A stretch of 43,354 bases of DNA, counting the filler, from Jimgerdemannia flammicorona (lineage: Eukaryota): assembly GCA_003990765.1 (NCBI GenBank). It is 2 parts of 2 records of this genome, joined end to end, with 100 filler letters (N's around TTAATTAATTAA, not from the genome) between each part and the next. Parts side by side here need not be neighbours in the genome. Positions count along the whole stretch, not along the records: positions 1 to 21,628 come from RBNJ01001418.1; 1 more part is not named here. One strand, 5' to 3'. Position numbers and translations under genes: made by a program. Below are positions 1 to 12,372 of this stretch, piece after piece (the first letter of the stretch is position 1; each line of letters starts with the position of its first letter). A model generated the notes under the pieces. That model was not told the DNA's origin, did no database searches, and worked only from the letters and a program-made list of their open reading frames with translations.

Positions 1-1010
1 TTTTTTCCTCCTCCCCAGATAATCACTCTCTTCACTAACATACTCTTTTTGATATAAATCCAGAAATGTACAAGATTCTGTACCCCTACCAGAACTTTAG
101 AAATGCCATCAAAGAGCAAACTGCACATGAGTACAATATGGTCTGTATGGTGATAGTGACTATAATCTAGAGTTCTTTGAGTAGATTGGTAGAGCATATG
201 GCAGACCAGCTTGGTGGTGATCTCAGCACAGCTACATGTATATTTTTGATGCAATTTAGCATACCATATGAGGTGAGGAGCTCCACTTCTTTTATGCTAC
301 AGTCTAGGGGTTTCTGTGGCCCAGGGGGTTTCTGTTCCCTATATACAAAAAGGATTGACTGGATGTCATCCATTTTGGCAGGTTTCCAAGCTGGGGCTCC
401 TGGGGCTGGACCAAGAGCAGGTATCTATCAGTACAGCCTAGCAGTATGAGGTTCTGGACCAAGGGTTCACCCAACTGTATACTTATATTATATTAGAATA
501 TGTCAGGTGCAATATTTCTCTGCCCATATATACAGACAATAATATCACCCTGATAATGTTTTATATCCCAGAAAGGAAGGACCCAACCTGGGAGGATAGC
601 AGCAGAGTCTGGTATGACCTCACCTATAGTTTTAGAGTCTCATTTGTGGCCAACACAGCTGCCTTATTCTAACCACATGATCACTATGATACTATCACCT
701 TTGAGGAGAGCTCAGATATAACAGTCATTATACTCACAATGGATAACAGACTCATCAAGGCCTAGAACTAGTGGGTGGAGCAGTTTTTGTGAGAGTTAGG
801 TAGTTATTTTATATGGATTGGGTAGTCTTTTGTAGAGGGTTGGGCTGGCAGCTAGGTGCCTCTTCTGTAGCACTAGTTTAGCCATTATACTGGGCCCTAC
901 TGGCCCCTTGGCCCTGCTCTGTAGTGCCACTAGTACAGTACTACAGTACAGGGCCAGAGTGCCTGTAGGATCCAAAACAGCAATGAGGCCCAAATCAGTG
1001 GTGGACTTTG

Positions 1011-1110
1011 ACTACCAGAAGTACTCTCCAATTACCAAAAGTACTCTCAGACCACCAGAAGTACCCTCCAACTGCCAGAAGCACCCTCTGACTATCAGAA
1101 GTACTCTCTG
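1011..1110. repeat. 20-bp tandem minisatellite, ~5 copies (ACCACCAGAAGTACTCTCCA-like)
   Basis: Units actaccagaagtactctcca / attaccaaaagtactctcag / accaccagaagtaccctcca / actgccagaagcaccctctg / actatcagaagtactctctg read directly. Confidence 0.9.
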
Positions 1111-1133
1111 ATCTGGACTTAGACACCTTAGTA

Positions 1134-1682
1134 ACTTGGAGTTATCTCTTTGCTACTGACAGAGGGCTACAAATTTTGTATACTCCCTCTGCCAACTCTA
1201 CTGACCCCCAGCCTGGGCACAGACTGCTTGGGAGAGTCCCATGCTGCTGGCAGAGAGCCACAAATTTTGTATGCTCTCTCCACCTACCCTGCCCCCTCCT
1301 CTATCTCGACACTTGTGGCTTAGAGCTGCCCCTTTCTACTGGTAGAGGGCTACAAATATTGCACTCCCTCTACTGACCCTGCACTCACCAACCCCACCCA
1401 CTGACTCAGACACTGATGGCTTGGGGCTGCCCCTTGCTGCTGGCAGAGGGCTGCAAATTTTGTATGCTCCCTCTGCCTACCCCACCCCCTCTACCAACTC
1501 CTCTATCTCAGATACTTGTGGCTTGGGGCTACCCCTTGCTGTCAGTAGAGAGCTGCAAATTTTGTGTACTCTCTCTGCCAACCTCATGCCCACTGACCCT
1601 GCCTACTGACTCAGGCACTGATAGCTTGGAGCTGCCTCTTGCTGCTGACAGAGGGCTGCAAATTTTGCATATACCCTCTGTT
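1134..1682. repeat. Six-unit ~92-103 bp tandem repeat with conserved ~59-bp palindromic core
   Basis: Core gcttggggctgccccttgctgctggcagagggctgcaaattttgtatgctccctctgcc recurs at ~1134, 1226, 1318, 1419, 1521 and 1624; the linkers are related to each other. Confidence 0.9.
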
Positions 1683-1837
1683 ACCACTACTAATCCTGCT
1701 GACCACTACCCCACTTGGCTGCAAACTCTGGGCCAAGTCCTAAGTTTTTTTTCCTTGAAAAAGCATTAAATAACCCACAAGATCAATTAACCTATCTGCA
1801 AACCCTGGGACCCACCAAATTTTAGCAGCCTGAGCTC

Positions 1838-4230
1838 TACCAAGATTTCAGATACATATATACCTGAATTGTCTCAGCATTCAGTATACACCTCTTAGGG
1901 GCAATGAGATCCACCCCACCTGAGAACACTCACTTGATGGAAGTGCTGATAGCAGGAATTACCAGATAGTCCTGAGCCATACCACACAGACTGGGAAAGT
2001 CCATTTGATATAACTGCAGCTGTATACCCCAGTGGTCAGAATAGTGGTTAGGTTGGTGGATTAAATTAGTCCAATGCAACCAACTGCCTGTCTGACAACC
2101 CACCTTCTACCAGTTGAGCACCTCTATACCCTTCAGCAGAATTACATGATCCTGGTAATATAAATAGTGAATTTGTCTATTGACAGCAGCTCTTCTACTG
2201 ATGGCTCTCTCTTCCTCTTTCTGCTGAAGTAAATGTGAGATAGAAGGTATCCCTCAGTATATTTATTCAGACTTTAGCTAGAACCTTATAGTGGCACATA
2301 GTTTCTCTAGTATATTTCAATTACAGCCTGCTTGGTTCTCTCAATGAAGTGCTGCTCCTAGCTCTGATCTTTATAGTATTGTAGCTTTAAGTATGAGTCC
2401 AGCACTGTTCAGAGAAAGAGAGTGAGTTTTTGTGGGAATTTCTCTGTTTTGGAAAGGAGCAATGGCCACATGCTGACATATTTATACTAATTGAGTATAT
2501 GGTGGTATCTATTTTGGAGTAGTATTTTCTGAGCTTACTTAGAGCAACCTCCACAGTGTCTCTCTGATCCAGGCTTAACTATAAATCACTACAACTCTTC
2601 AGCCTGTCCTTGAGCTTGTCCTCTAGCTGGTCAATCAGAAGATTGTATACTGATATTATAGAGCTTATTATCAGGGTCATTTGTTTGACTATATCTTTCA
2701 TACAATTGTCAAAATACTGGCAGTTATATATAGTGAGGTATTACATTGTACAGAGGCAGACAAAACAAGTGTAGGGCCAGAGCAATCACTACTTACTTCC
2801 AAAACTCTGATAACATTCCTAAGTATATCCCACTCACTTTCACCTAGAGCCTTGCCCTGCATTTCCTTGTTGACAGCAACCATTAAATCTATTGGCTTTT
2901 TTTATTTTGAAAAAAAAAAATCTTCCATCATCTGAAATAAGTTACTTTAGCTGATCAAAGAAAAAGGATATATACTATAGCAAACTCCAGTACATACTGG
3001 ATCATTGTAAATATTGAGTTCCAATATGTACAGACATCTAATATAAGCTCTTTCAGAGCTAAACTGATTGCTCTACACTGTGCAGCAAATTTGTCTTATT
3101 ATTGTGATGATAATTGGACTGATACAACCAGTTTGTATAGCTTGGAAACTATACTCAGAGCCCCTCCTCTCTCAGATGTTTTGTCTATATATATAAGATA
3201 GTCCTAAATAGTGAGGTTCAGTATATGGGCCTGGCATTATATATGACAGCTTTCTGTACTGAAGGCTACATTTTTCTATTTGAGGCTAGCTGCTAAAACT
3301 TGGAAAAATATTGAGTTGTTTGTAGCATTGTTCATCATAATGGCCAAAATCTGTACTTGAAATATTTGATTGGTAAATTTATGCAAAAATAAATAACCAA
3401 TAAAATCTGTTTTATTTTAGAACCTCTCTCAAAATACTGACCTAATGGCAAGCCCCCCTTTTTTATCTTAGTTGTGATCCCAAGCTCTTGAATACAACTA
3501 ATAAAAGCATCTGTAATGTTGTCTTCAGAATGAGGGCCAGCAAGTTTGACAAAGTCAAGAGTGAGAGATTTAAGCTATCAATTGAGGTCAATCTAATAAC
3601 CAGTAAAACCCAGAAACAAAATTGCATTGAGAGATATCTATGTGTTAATTGTAAATGAAATTTTTCCTGCTGAATTCTGCTTATTGAATGTGAGATTAAA
3701 TTAGTGAGCTCTTTATAAATATATATATAATTCAGCTTGCAAAGGTCACAGTGCTGCTATTATTTATTTATTTTATCTGAAGTATTTGGCAGAGATTGTC
3801 ATGCTTCTTTCTATAGGCCTCCAGAACATCTTTGCAAATAGTATTGATACTTGGCAAATATAAATCATACTTGAGGAGGCCAAAGATGCTATACAATTGA
3901 TTGCTCTCAATAGTTATGAATGGCTATACACAATCCAGCAAATGAGCTGATTTTGAAATTCTGCTAAAGAGTATAGCTAAATATTTTTGATTAAATAGAG
4001 TTGTTAGTATAGAAATATCAGGCAATCAGATAAACATACCCACTATAGCTTGGATGTCAATTTTATTTGTCTCCATGTTCTTTTTGATTTTGTCATAGTA
4101 CTTATCTTTTATATATCAATATATGTTTGAAGTTGTACCACTAAGTATTTTGAACTTCTGGCTGATATAGTTTATAGGAGTAGATGAAACAGTATCATAT
4201 ATGTATCAAACAAAAAGGGTCAGTTATATC
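1838..4230 (-). pseudogene. Degenerate intron-containing hAT-superfamily transposase (hAT-1)
   Basis: Minus-strand translation gives hAT motifs in order: BED-like GTTSNI (~4130); ISFTINT*ISLN..FLGFTGY*ID..LKSLTLDFVKLAGPHSEDNI (~3500-3680); ILAIMMNNATNN; HI*CQAHILNL (CxxH); LILDVCTYWNS (RWNS); C-terminal dimerization domain DFPSLCGMAQDYLVIPAISTSIK*VFSGG...AETIQVYMYLKSW (1838-2002). Many stops. Confidence 0.85.
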
Positions 4231-4499
4231 ATAAGTGCATCTTCTTTTATTTTTTTTTTATTTTTTTTTTTACTTATAATAGTTACAAACAACATCATCT
4301 CCTAACTTAGTACAATATTACCAGATTTTAAAGTGAGGATTACATGGAAGGTGTGGAACTATCAGAGATATTTAACTTGAAGCATCATTGGTACTGTGAA
4401 CTATTGAAGACTGATCTGTTGATATGTATATTTGTATGTTTGCATATGTATATATATATTTGTATTTGTATATATTATATATATGGATACATCCAGCAT

Positions 4500-4790
4500 A
4501 TGAGTCATGTGGAGAATTTGGATTGGAGGATTCAGTTGAAGGATTCAGATGAGGATTTGAATTGGAGAATTCAAATTGGAGGATTTAGATTGAGTGATTT
4601 GGATTGATTGATTTGGATTGAGTAATTCAGATTGGGGTGGTTCAGATAGGTGATTCAGATGGGGTGCTTTAGATAGAGTGATTTAGATTAATTTGAGTTA
4701 ATTCAGATGGCTTCAGATTTGAGATTCAGATCAAACCATTATGTAATGAATTGAATTCAGATTGACTCATTTGGTATACTAATTAACAGT
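4500..4790. repeat. Short-motif array (TTCAGAT/TTGGAT), probable subterminal repeats of hAT-1
   Basis: Dense repeats of ttcagat/ttggat upstream of the minus-strand transposase, consistent with CpG-decayed TTCGGAT motifs. The link to hAT-1 is inference. Confidence 0.55.
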
Positions 4791-4899
4791 ATAAATATAA
4801 GTGTAAAAATAACCTCATTCTATCTGAACTATAGATAACACCTCTGAACTCCTATAACTATTATATAAGCAATAGTATTAGTGGTATAAGAAGTCATAG

Positions 4900-5390
4900 A
4901 TACTATATAAGATACTATCTAGCAAGTATATAATACTCTTATAGAAGTACAAAGAATATAAGTAGTATATACTGATAAAAATAGAAGAGAAGTTACATAT
5001 AAAAAAGATAAATAGATAATACTCAGTATATAATATCTAATTCTAGATAATATAGGATCAAAGAAGAAACTCAGACTCCACTATATTGAACTATTTAAGA
5101 TCTTAAAGAAGTATGGTCCTATTATATATAAGTTAGACCTCTTAATAACTTTAGAAAAATTCTACTCAGTATTTTACATATCTCAACTCTAGTTATATAT
5201 TAAAAACATCTTTAAAGAAAGAACAGTACTACTATTAGATCTAATTATTATTAATCAAAAATTAGAATATAAAGTTAATTATATTTTGAATCATAAGAAC
5301 TACCTATTTAGATGAACTATCAAGCCTATCTAATACTATCTCATGAAATAAAAGAGATATCTTGAATATAATACTATCTGGAAAAAGAAA
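4900..5390 (+). pseudogene. Ty3/gypsy chromovirus integrase C-terminus and chromodomain remnant
   Basis: RREVTYKKDK..SKKKLRLHYIELFKILKKYGPIIYKLDL..FYSVFYISQL (decayed GPF/Y-SH3) followed by EYKVNYILNH...YYLMK*KRYLEYNTIW (decayed chromodomain EYEVE.IL...YLVKWKGY..TW). Confidence 0.7.
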
Positions 5391-5556
5391 TTTTTTTTTT
5401 ACTAAATGTAAAAGCAGTAGTAACCTAATACAGATATCTAGTATAATGGAAATTTTAACAGAATTTTCAAAAGACAGTCATATATATCTCTGAATATGTA
5501 TCTCTAATAAAGAGAAGTATAAATAACCTAAACAATTCTATATAATATTATATATA

Positions 5557-5660
5557 TAGTAGGTACTAAGTTCTCTAAGTATGTCAGATTCTCTTTAAGA
5601 TATATCTCTTAGACCAACTACAAGTTTCTTATAAGTAAGTTCTATTGAAGTGCCTTTCCA
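5557..5660 (+). repeat. Dispersed ~100-bp repeat shared with 33314-33420 (probable DNA-transposon terminus)
   Basis: ggtactaagttctctaagtatgtcagattctc...aagtttcttataagtaagttctatt matches the copy beginning cagtgggcactaagttctccaagtatgtcag at 33314. Confidence 0.75.
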
Positions 5661-5999
5661 AGATCTTATAGTCCTCAAACTTCTTATCTTTAAACTGTTC
5701 TATTATCTCTTAGATTTGCTTGCTTGAAATTGAGTAAAGAACTAGAACTTCTGTGCTTCTTGAGTAGTTGGATACTTGAATGCTTGAGTATTTTTAATAC
5801 TAAATATTTGAATACTGACTTTATTACAAAGGAAATAAGAGAGATATTTATATAAAATATAATTCAATAGTTGCTAAGTTATAAAACTAAATATAGATTC
5901 CAATAATCAAATAAGATATTTGAATATAGAAAACTTCAGGTTATAAGTACAAATTTGAGTATCTGTATATTGGTTATATAAGATCAGAATTGGAATAAT

Positions 6000-7760
6000 T
6001 TCTGACAATTACAGAAGATCAGAATGCCAGAATAATTTCAATAGTTATATAAAGAACTTTGAGCAGAATATTTAGAATCCTGAGAACTTCATCTTCATCA
6101 CTATCATCAAGGCTAGAGATCAGAGACAGGATGTCTTTAAAGAAAATAAGGTTGATGAATATTTCTATAAGTGTCTTATCTGTTTTGCATATTTTGTATA
6201 TTTTACATATTTTGTATATTTTACATATTTTGCATATTTTGCATGTTTTGTATGTTTTGCACATTTAAATTAGCAGGATGACATCATCACTGATGACATC
6301 ATCATATTCAGCAGTAGTGGGGAGAGCAAAGAGATCAGGGACTCTTCAATTTAGATATTTTTCTCCACAAAGTAGAAGATAAAGATAAGATCTTGAGAGG
6401 GTCAAACCTGGATACTGGGGCCTTAGAATACTGAGATTAATCCTTACAGAAATTGATCTGGATTGTTCTTAAGGATGGGATTCCAGAACTTTTCTATCTC
6501 ATCACTTTTGAGAGTAATGGTGAATTAGGCTTCTGTGACCACTATGGCCTTTAGTACATCTGTATAGCAGGCTGACAATTCCTTGAAGTCTGAGACTCTA
6601 GTATACTCCAAATTGAGAATTGATCAAGGTACATATCTGAAGATCTGATGGGTCTTTTTAACTACCCTCAATTTATATATATCTATAGAGGTGGTATCTT
6701 ATATGTATCTCTTAAAAACTGACCTGAGAGAATTCCTGATAAAAGAGGTTTCCTATTTCATATTTCTACCATATCCAGAGATATTCAGTAGTAGTAGTGA
6801 TTCTTGTTTCCATTTTATAGCAGTAGAGGATAAAGTGATAAGAGTTATCAGTATCTAGATTGAGGCTAGAAATTCTTTTAGTGTGGGTCCTCATAGCTCT
6901 TCTGATGTCTTAGAATATCCTTTCTTAGACTGAGAAGCCTTGGTAGTTCTTAGACCTTATTGTTTGGCAAACAGTAGATATTTTGTTTATAGTGAGTCTT
7001 TTAGACTATTTTAGGATTTTGTGAGTCTTATTTAAATTACTGCTACTGTAGTTTTTTGGTCCTTCTTTTATATTCCTTGAGATATCTATCTTGTAGTCAT
7101 CATGACTCATAGTTTGTTATCATTACTCATCTTGTAGCCTGGGTGAGTTATACCATATGATCTTCTTATACTCTGATCAAGTGGCTTGTAAGAAAAGACT
7201 ATCTTCTGTGATAATGTCACCATTCTGAGGTCACTATTATAATAGATTACTCACCATAATATGAGTATCCAGTAAAGATACTGAGAATAAACTAAAAATA
7301 AGATTACTACTAGTGTCTTTATAACTATTGAATACTAATAGAATTCTACTAAACTATCCTCTATCAATATATAAATCTCTGGAGACCCAGACTCAAATAA
7401 AGTCCAATAATGTCTTAGAAGAATTCAGTATTTTCAGGTCTTCTGTTATTAATAAAAATTAAAGAAGTACTATGAGATCAGATGTCTTATCTATCAATAA
7501 GTCACTCTCAGTAGTACCAAGTAATAAGCCTGCCTTTTTATTGATAACTATATCTATTTTGTCACCAAGAGACTTTATATTCTTTTTTACACTCAACTTC
7601 AAGTTCTTGACTACTTTTATAAAGTATCTTCTGAGAAAATGACCAATTTAAATAATGAATAATAAAGCAATATTATCTTTTAAGTAGTTCAGTATACTGT
7701 CTTTCAGTTTGATGAATATCTAGAGTTTAGTGATAAATCCAATGAGTAGGTTCAGATAAG
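6000..7760 (-). mobile_element. Heavily decayed retroelement (gag-like) remnant, including a 9-bp microsatellite at 6181-6265
   Basis: Long stop-riddled, protein-like minus-strand frame lying among LTR-element fragments; (tattttgca)n-type repeat. No diagnostic motif was resolved. Confidence 0.35.
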
Positions 7761-8228
7761 AAAGAAAGAAAATAACAAATTATTACATATAAGTCATCAG
7801 AATTTCTAACAGAGATTTCAATAAAAATTCCTATAGAAATTCCTACAGAATTTCCAAATAATAGTTATAAATACTGAATATAATATAACTATATAGACAT
7901 ATCCAGCATACTATATTTAATTATAACTTCAAATTGATATAAATATCCTCTATACTGAGTATATTATAATCTTAGTATCACTTTTCTTAAATATAAAAAT
8001 AAAGTAGTATTTTTATCACAAAATCCTCAGATCCAACTTGTTAATAATTTTGAGTCAAATTAACTTAGAATATAAGTATAGTACTTTCACTAGTATAAGA
8101 ATCTGAAAGTGATACTTAAACTATATTGTTACAATAAGTAATTAGAACTTAGTACTTTTTCATAAGAACTTAGAACTTAAAACTGATAGTCATTTTAATT
8201 ATCTATAATATATTAATTCTATCAGTAT

Positions 8229-9770
8229 TGTAATATATCTGGCTCAATAGAGGCAAATTACAAGATTGGGAGTTGATGTAGTTTGGCTTGAGCTCTCAGT
8301 TACTTTGTCAAAAAGCAATAAAATGTTCTAAGATTCCTGAGGTCCTTGGTGTTTAGTAGTATAATAGTCAAAGCTGGATATCTATGAGTGATTTGTATAT
8401 CAGTTTCCTAATTGAGATAGTTCTCTTAGTGTAGCGGTAAGTTGTATGTAAATAGATTTCCTTCTTGAGTCAATTGGGAATTGATAGAAATTCATATGTA
8501 GTGCAACAATCTTCCTTATGTATGATGGTCTAGCAATTTATCAGTTTTCTTCTTGAGCAGTGACAATCTTTTATATAGTGCAATGATCTTTGTATAGTAC
8601 AGATTCCTTATGTTGAGCAGTCTGACAATTTGGCAGATAACTCGATTTGGTGTGGATTCTCCTGAATTAGCTCACTGGGAACAATAGATAACTCAGTAGA
8701 TAACTCAGATTACTCAGATGACTTAGATATCATGGATTCTTCCTAAATTAGTGACTCTCTGGGAAATAACTTGGATGGTGTGGATTCTTTCTGAATTGGT
8801 AGCTTTAACTGAGAATACTACTTGGATGGCATGGATTCTTCCTGAATTAGCAGGCTCTTCTGGGAATATGATGGTATGATTCTTCCTGAATTGATGGCTT
8901 TAACTGGGAAATGTGCTGGTGGCTTCTTGGAAAGGATCTCTTGGCAAAGTTGCATCAAAGACTGGCTTTATTTGTGCAAACAGATTACTGTAAAGTTGTA
9001 TCAGAAACTGGCTTAAGCAAGGTGGCTTTCTCTTAGGCAGAAATCTTTAGGCTTATCTGGCAAGCAAATCAATAATTCTAAAGATGGTGAAGTTCTTCAC
9101 TTGAACTTGGTGGCAAAATCTTCAAGCTTTGTATCAGAAAGTAGACTAGAGTGGGGAAATAAGCTCACAATCTCCTAGCAGTAGCTGTAGAGTTCCTCTT
9201 GAAGTATGGTAGGCAGACTTGCCTTTTGCTTCAATTTCAGACTTATTCTCTTTTGGCTTAGTCTGGCAAGTATACCAAATCAGTTCTTCAGGCTTAGTCT
9301 GATAAGCATACCAATAATTCCAAAGATAGCAAAGTTCTTCACTTGAACTTAGCAGTAAAATCAGCTTTGTATCAAAAAGTGGACTAGAGTGAAAAAGAAA
9401 TACTGTTGCTTTAGATTCAATTTCAGACTGAGGTTTATTCACTCTTGTCTCTGGGGTAATTTATACAAGTTGGTTGCTATCTGGTTACTATGTGGCTAAC
9501 TATAGATTTGCTACTTATGGCAGGTGTACAGAGTCTGTACAGTGTACAGGACCTGTACAGTGTATAGAGTCTGTATGGTGTACAGAGTCTGTACAGGTAA
9601 ACAGACCCTATCTAGTATGTCTGGCTAATTATAAGTGTGGCAGACATGAGTAACTATGATACACTGGAAGTTGTATCATATTGGGAGCCCACATTACCTA
9701 GTTAAGTATACTAATTGTTCATATCATCTGGCTAAGTTATAATTCAGATAGTATGTTTTGGTTTGTTATA
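8229..9770 (-). repeat. 3' LTR (~1.5 kb) of the dUTPase-bearing Ty3/gypsy element
   Basis: Bounded by TGTAAT (8229) and decayed GTTA(C>T)A (9770). Homologous along its length to 36897-38186 (e.g. ctggctcaatagaggcaaattacaagattggg). Contains internal repeats: ggattcttcctgaatt units, gtgtacagagtctgtaca x4, and a duplication 9086-9160/9326-9395. Confidence 0.75.
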
Positions 9771-10325
9771 TCAGCTCCTACTGAAGGATAGTCTGTCCCA
9801 GACTGTTCTTCAGTCATCATTCCAATAAGCATAAGCTGCTTCTGTATCTATACCTGTTTCATCATCTTCATTGTCTGTACTGGGGTCACTCTATTCTATA
9901 GGCTCTTCTTCTTCTTCAGGGAATAGAATTTCAACAGAATTGATGAGGCTCCAATAGATAGCAGGGTTCATTCCTTGAATGTCATTCAGAGAGAACTGTG
10001 CCTGTATCAGAGTGGTGATATTTCATTTATAAATGGTATATAGTCTGTCTGCAGCAGTAGCGTCTCTTCTGGTCAGACCTGTGATATTTCTGATATAGGT
10101 CTGCTCTGGGGCCAGAAGGTTCTGCAATTGTTCACCAATTGTATAATAGGCCTGCAGTTGGTGGACTTATAGTAGGCATCTAGCCTGGGTGAGATTTTCT
10201 TAGTGAACTTGGATCTTCTAAAGAGGGTTTCCATTAGCTTGGCTGAATTAGGGTAGAGGAACTGGTAGGGCCCGAAAGGAGCTGAGGACCAATGTCTGGA
10301 GGCACTGATCAATCCTTTGGCTTAT
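9771..10325 (-). pseudogene. Cryptic extra ORF (ORF3, ~184 codons) between pol and the 3' LTR, unknown function
   Basis: Single frame without frameshift from ATA (decayed ATG, overlapping the pol stop) to TGA adjacent to the LTR. The 7 internal stops are each one transition from CAA/CAG/CGA/TGG. Contains QAYYTIGEQL, TAADRLYTIYK and an acidic C-terminus. Confidence 0.6.
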
Positions 10326-12265
10326 GGTGTAGAGGGAAGATATAGTTTGAGGTAATTGATATGTACTGATGTTCTCAGGATTTGTCTATCCATATTTCTT
10401 AAATAGATGCTAGTTCCTCTAATGTTGGTTGCAAGATAAGGTCCTTCTCATTTGGATTCCAATTTGGTAGCAAAATTTGTTTCAATTATACTTCTCTATA
10501 CTAGTACTTGATCTCCAATCTTGATCTCCTAATTCTTCTATTTCTGGTTATAATACTTCTTTTGTCTTTCTTGGGCTTTAATAATCTGATTTTGGGCTTG
10601 ATTACATAACTGTTCTGTCTTCTTGAGAAGATCTCTGAGATTCTCATGGTCAGCAGTTCTGGTTTTCTTAGCAAATATCATTTTGAATGGCTTCTATTTG
10701 GTGGAGACAGCAGGGATGTTCTAAATTTCCCATAGGATCTCAGGTAAGCAGAGGTTCCAATTACTAGGATTGACTTGGGCAAGTTCTTTCTTAATGGTCA
10801 GGTTCATTCTTTCTGTCATGCCATTGATCTGAGAGTGGTATAATATAGTCCATTTGAGGTAGATCTTGTGAATTCAGATATAACTTGTGATTATGTTATT
10901 GATAAATTCTGTGCCTTGGTCAGAGATGAGTTCTTCTGGGGGTCTATATCTGAGTGTGAGTTCATAGAGAAGGCCTACAATGGTTAGGGCATCTGTGATT
11001 TCCATTGGAAAGGCTTTGGGCCACTTAGTCAGATATTTCACCAATACAAGGATATATTTGTTTCTTCTTAGTATAACTGGTAGAGGTCCAATTACATTTA
11101 TTCTCCATCTCTGAAAGATGTTGTCTGGTGGTGTGATTGGTTACAATGGTGCTTGATAGTTCTTCCTTCCTTAGTACTTCTGGCAGATATCACATTTCTT
11201 GAGTATATCCTGGACTTATGTTCTGAGGTTGGGCCAATGTTGGTGTGTTGTTTGCAGCTTCTCTTCTATATTTATCTGTCTCTGATGGGCTTTCTGATGT
11301 TCTTTTCAGATGAGATCTTCTTGTGCCTTGATAGTCTGAGGAGCTTCCTTTAGAGTGTAGTTCCTCAGGACACCCTTATTCTGGTTCATTGGGGTTGGTG
11401 AGAAAGTACATCAACATTGTTGTTGGCTTTCTCTACTTTATAGATGATAGTGATCTTGTAATCCTGAAGGATAAAGATCCAGTAGGCTAGGATTCTGGTG
11501 GGTTCCTTGTGGTTGAATAGCTATATGGTCTGTAATCAGGGTAAATATTTTTCTAATGAGGTAATGCTTGAACAGAGTGACTGCCCATATGGCTGCAAGA
11601 CATTCTAGTTTGGTGCTACCATAGTTCATCTGCTGCTGATTAATAGCTCTACTTGCATAAGCTATCACATAGTGCTGTTGATTAGATCCTTCTTGAGCTA
11701 AAACTACTCCAAGACCATCTTTAGAAGCATCTGTATGGCTTCTGTAGATTGGGGCACACAAGGATTGGTGCTATAGTCATGCAGTTCTTGAGCTCTTTGA
11801 AGGCTTTTTCTTGTGATTCTATTCATTTGAATAGTACTCCTTTCTTGAGAAGGATTCGGATTAGGGTGGCAACTTGGGTAAAATCCTTAATAAACCTTCT
11901 GTGGTAGGATACTAGCATCAGGAATGATAATATTTCCTTCAGAGTCTTGGGTGCTAGCCAATTGTTGATCTTTTCAGTTTTCTTTGAGTCTGTATGGGTT
12001 CCTTCTTTTGAAACTATAAATCCAAGGAATTTAAGTTTCTGTTTCTCAAAGTAGCATTTCTTTGCATTTAGTCTCAAGTGGTTCTTACAGGTGAGCTTAA
12101 AGAATTTCTCTAGATAGTATAGGTATTCTTCAAAATTTACTGAATAGATGTTGGAATCATCCATATATACAATTAGGCAGTGGTGAATCAAGGAGGTATA
12201 GACTGAATTCATTATCCTCTGAAAGGTGGGGAGTGCATTGCAAAGTCCAAAAGGCATTTGAAGAT
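10322..12265 (-). pseudogene. Ty3/gypsy pol 3' half: RT (YMDD), RNase H, integrase with GPY/F
   Basis: MPFGLCNALPTFQRIM, IVYMDD, HTDASKDGLGVVLAQ..IAYASR..KLECLAAIWAV..LITDH, CDICQ, INVIGPLP, ISDQGTEF, QINGMTERMN, EGPYL. Confidence 0.93.
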
Positions 12266-12372
12266 CAACATCTTTTACCAGTAACATTCAGGTGACACAA
12301 GATTCAGACAACACTTTCTACAATGTTTTTGGTGATTGACAACTATCAACATATATAGTAACAATTGAACTG

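Noticed and set aside
1..830. Short ORFs 167-449 as genes
   Set aside because: CpG-depleted decayed repeat-like DNA with no recognisable motif.
1134..1682. CRISPR array (palindromic repeats with spacers)
   Set aside because: Repeats are ~59 bp and degenerate, spacers are homologous to each other, there are no cas genes, and the context is eukaryotic.
6019..6268. Cys/Lys-rich peptide (CKICKI..) or His/Ile-rich antisense peptide
   Set aside because: Translation of a decayed 9-bp microsatellite inside a TE remnant.
9771..10325. env gene
   Set aside because: Too short, and no signal peptide, furin site or transmembrane segment was seen; kept as an unknown ORF3.
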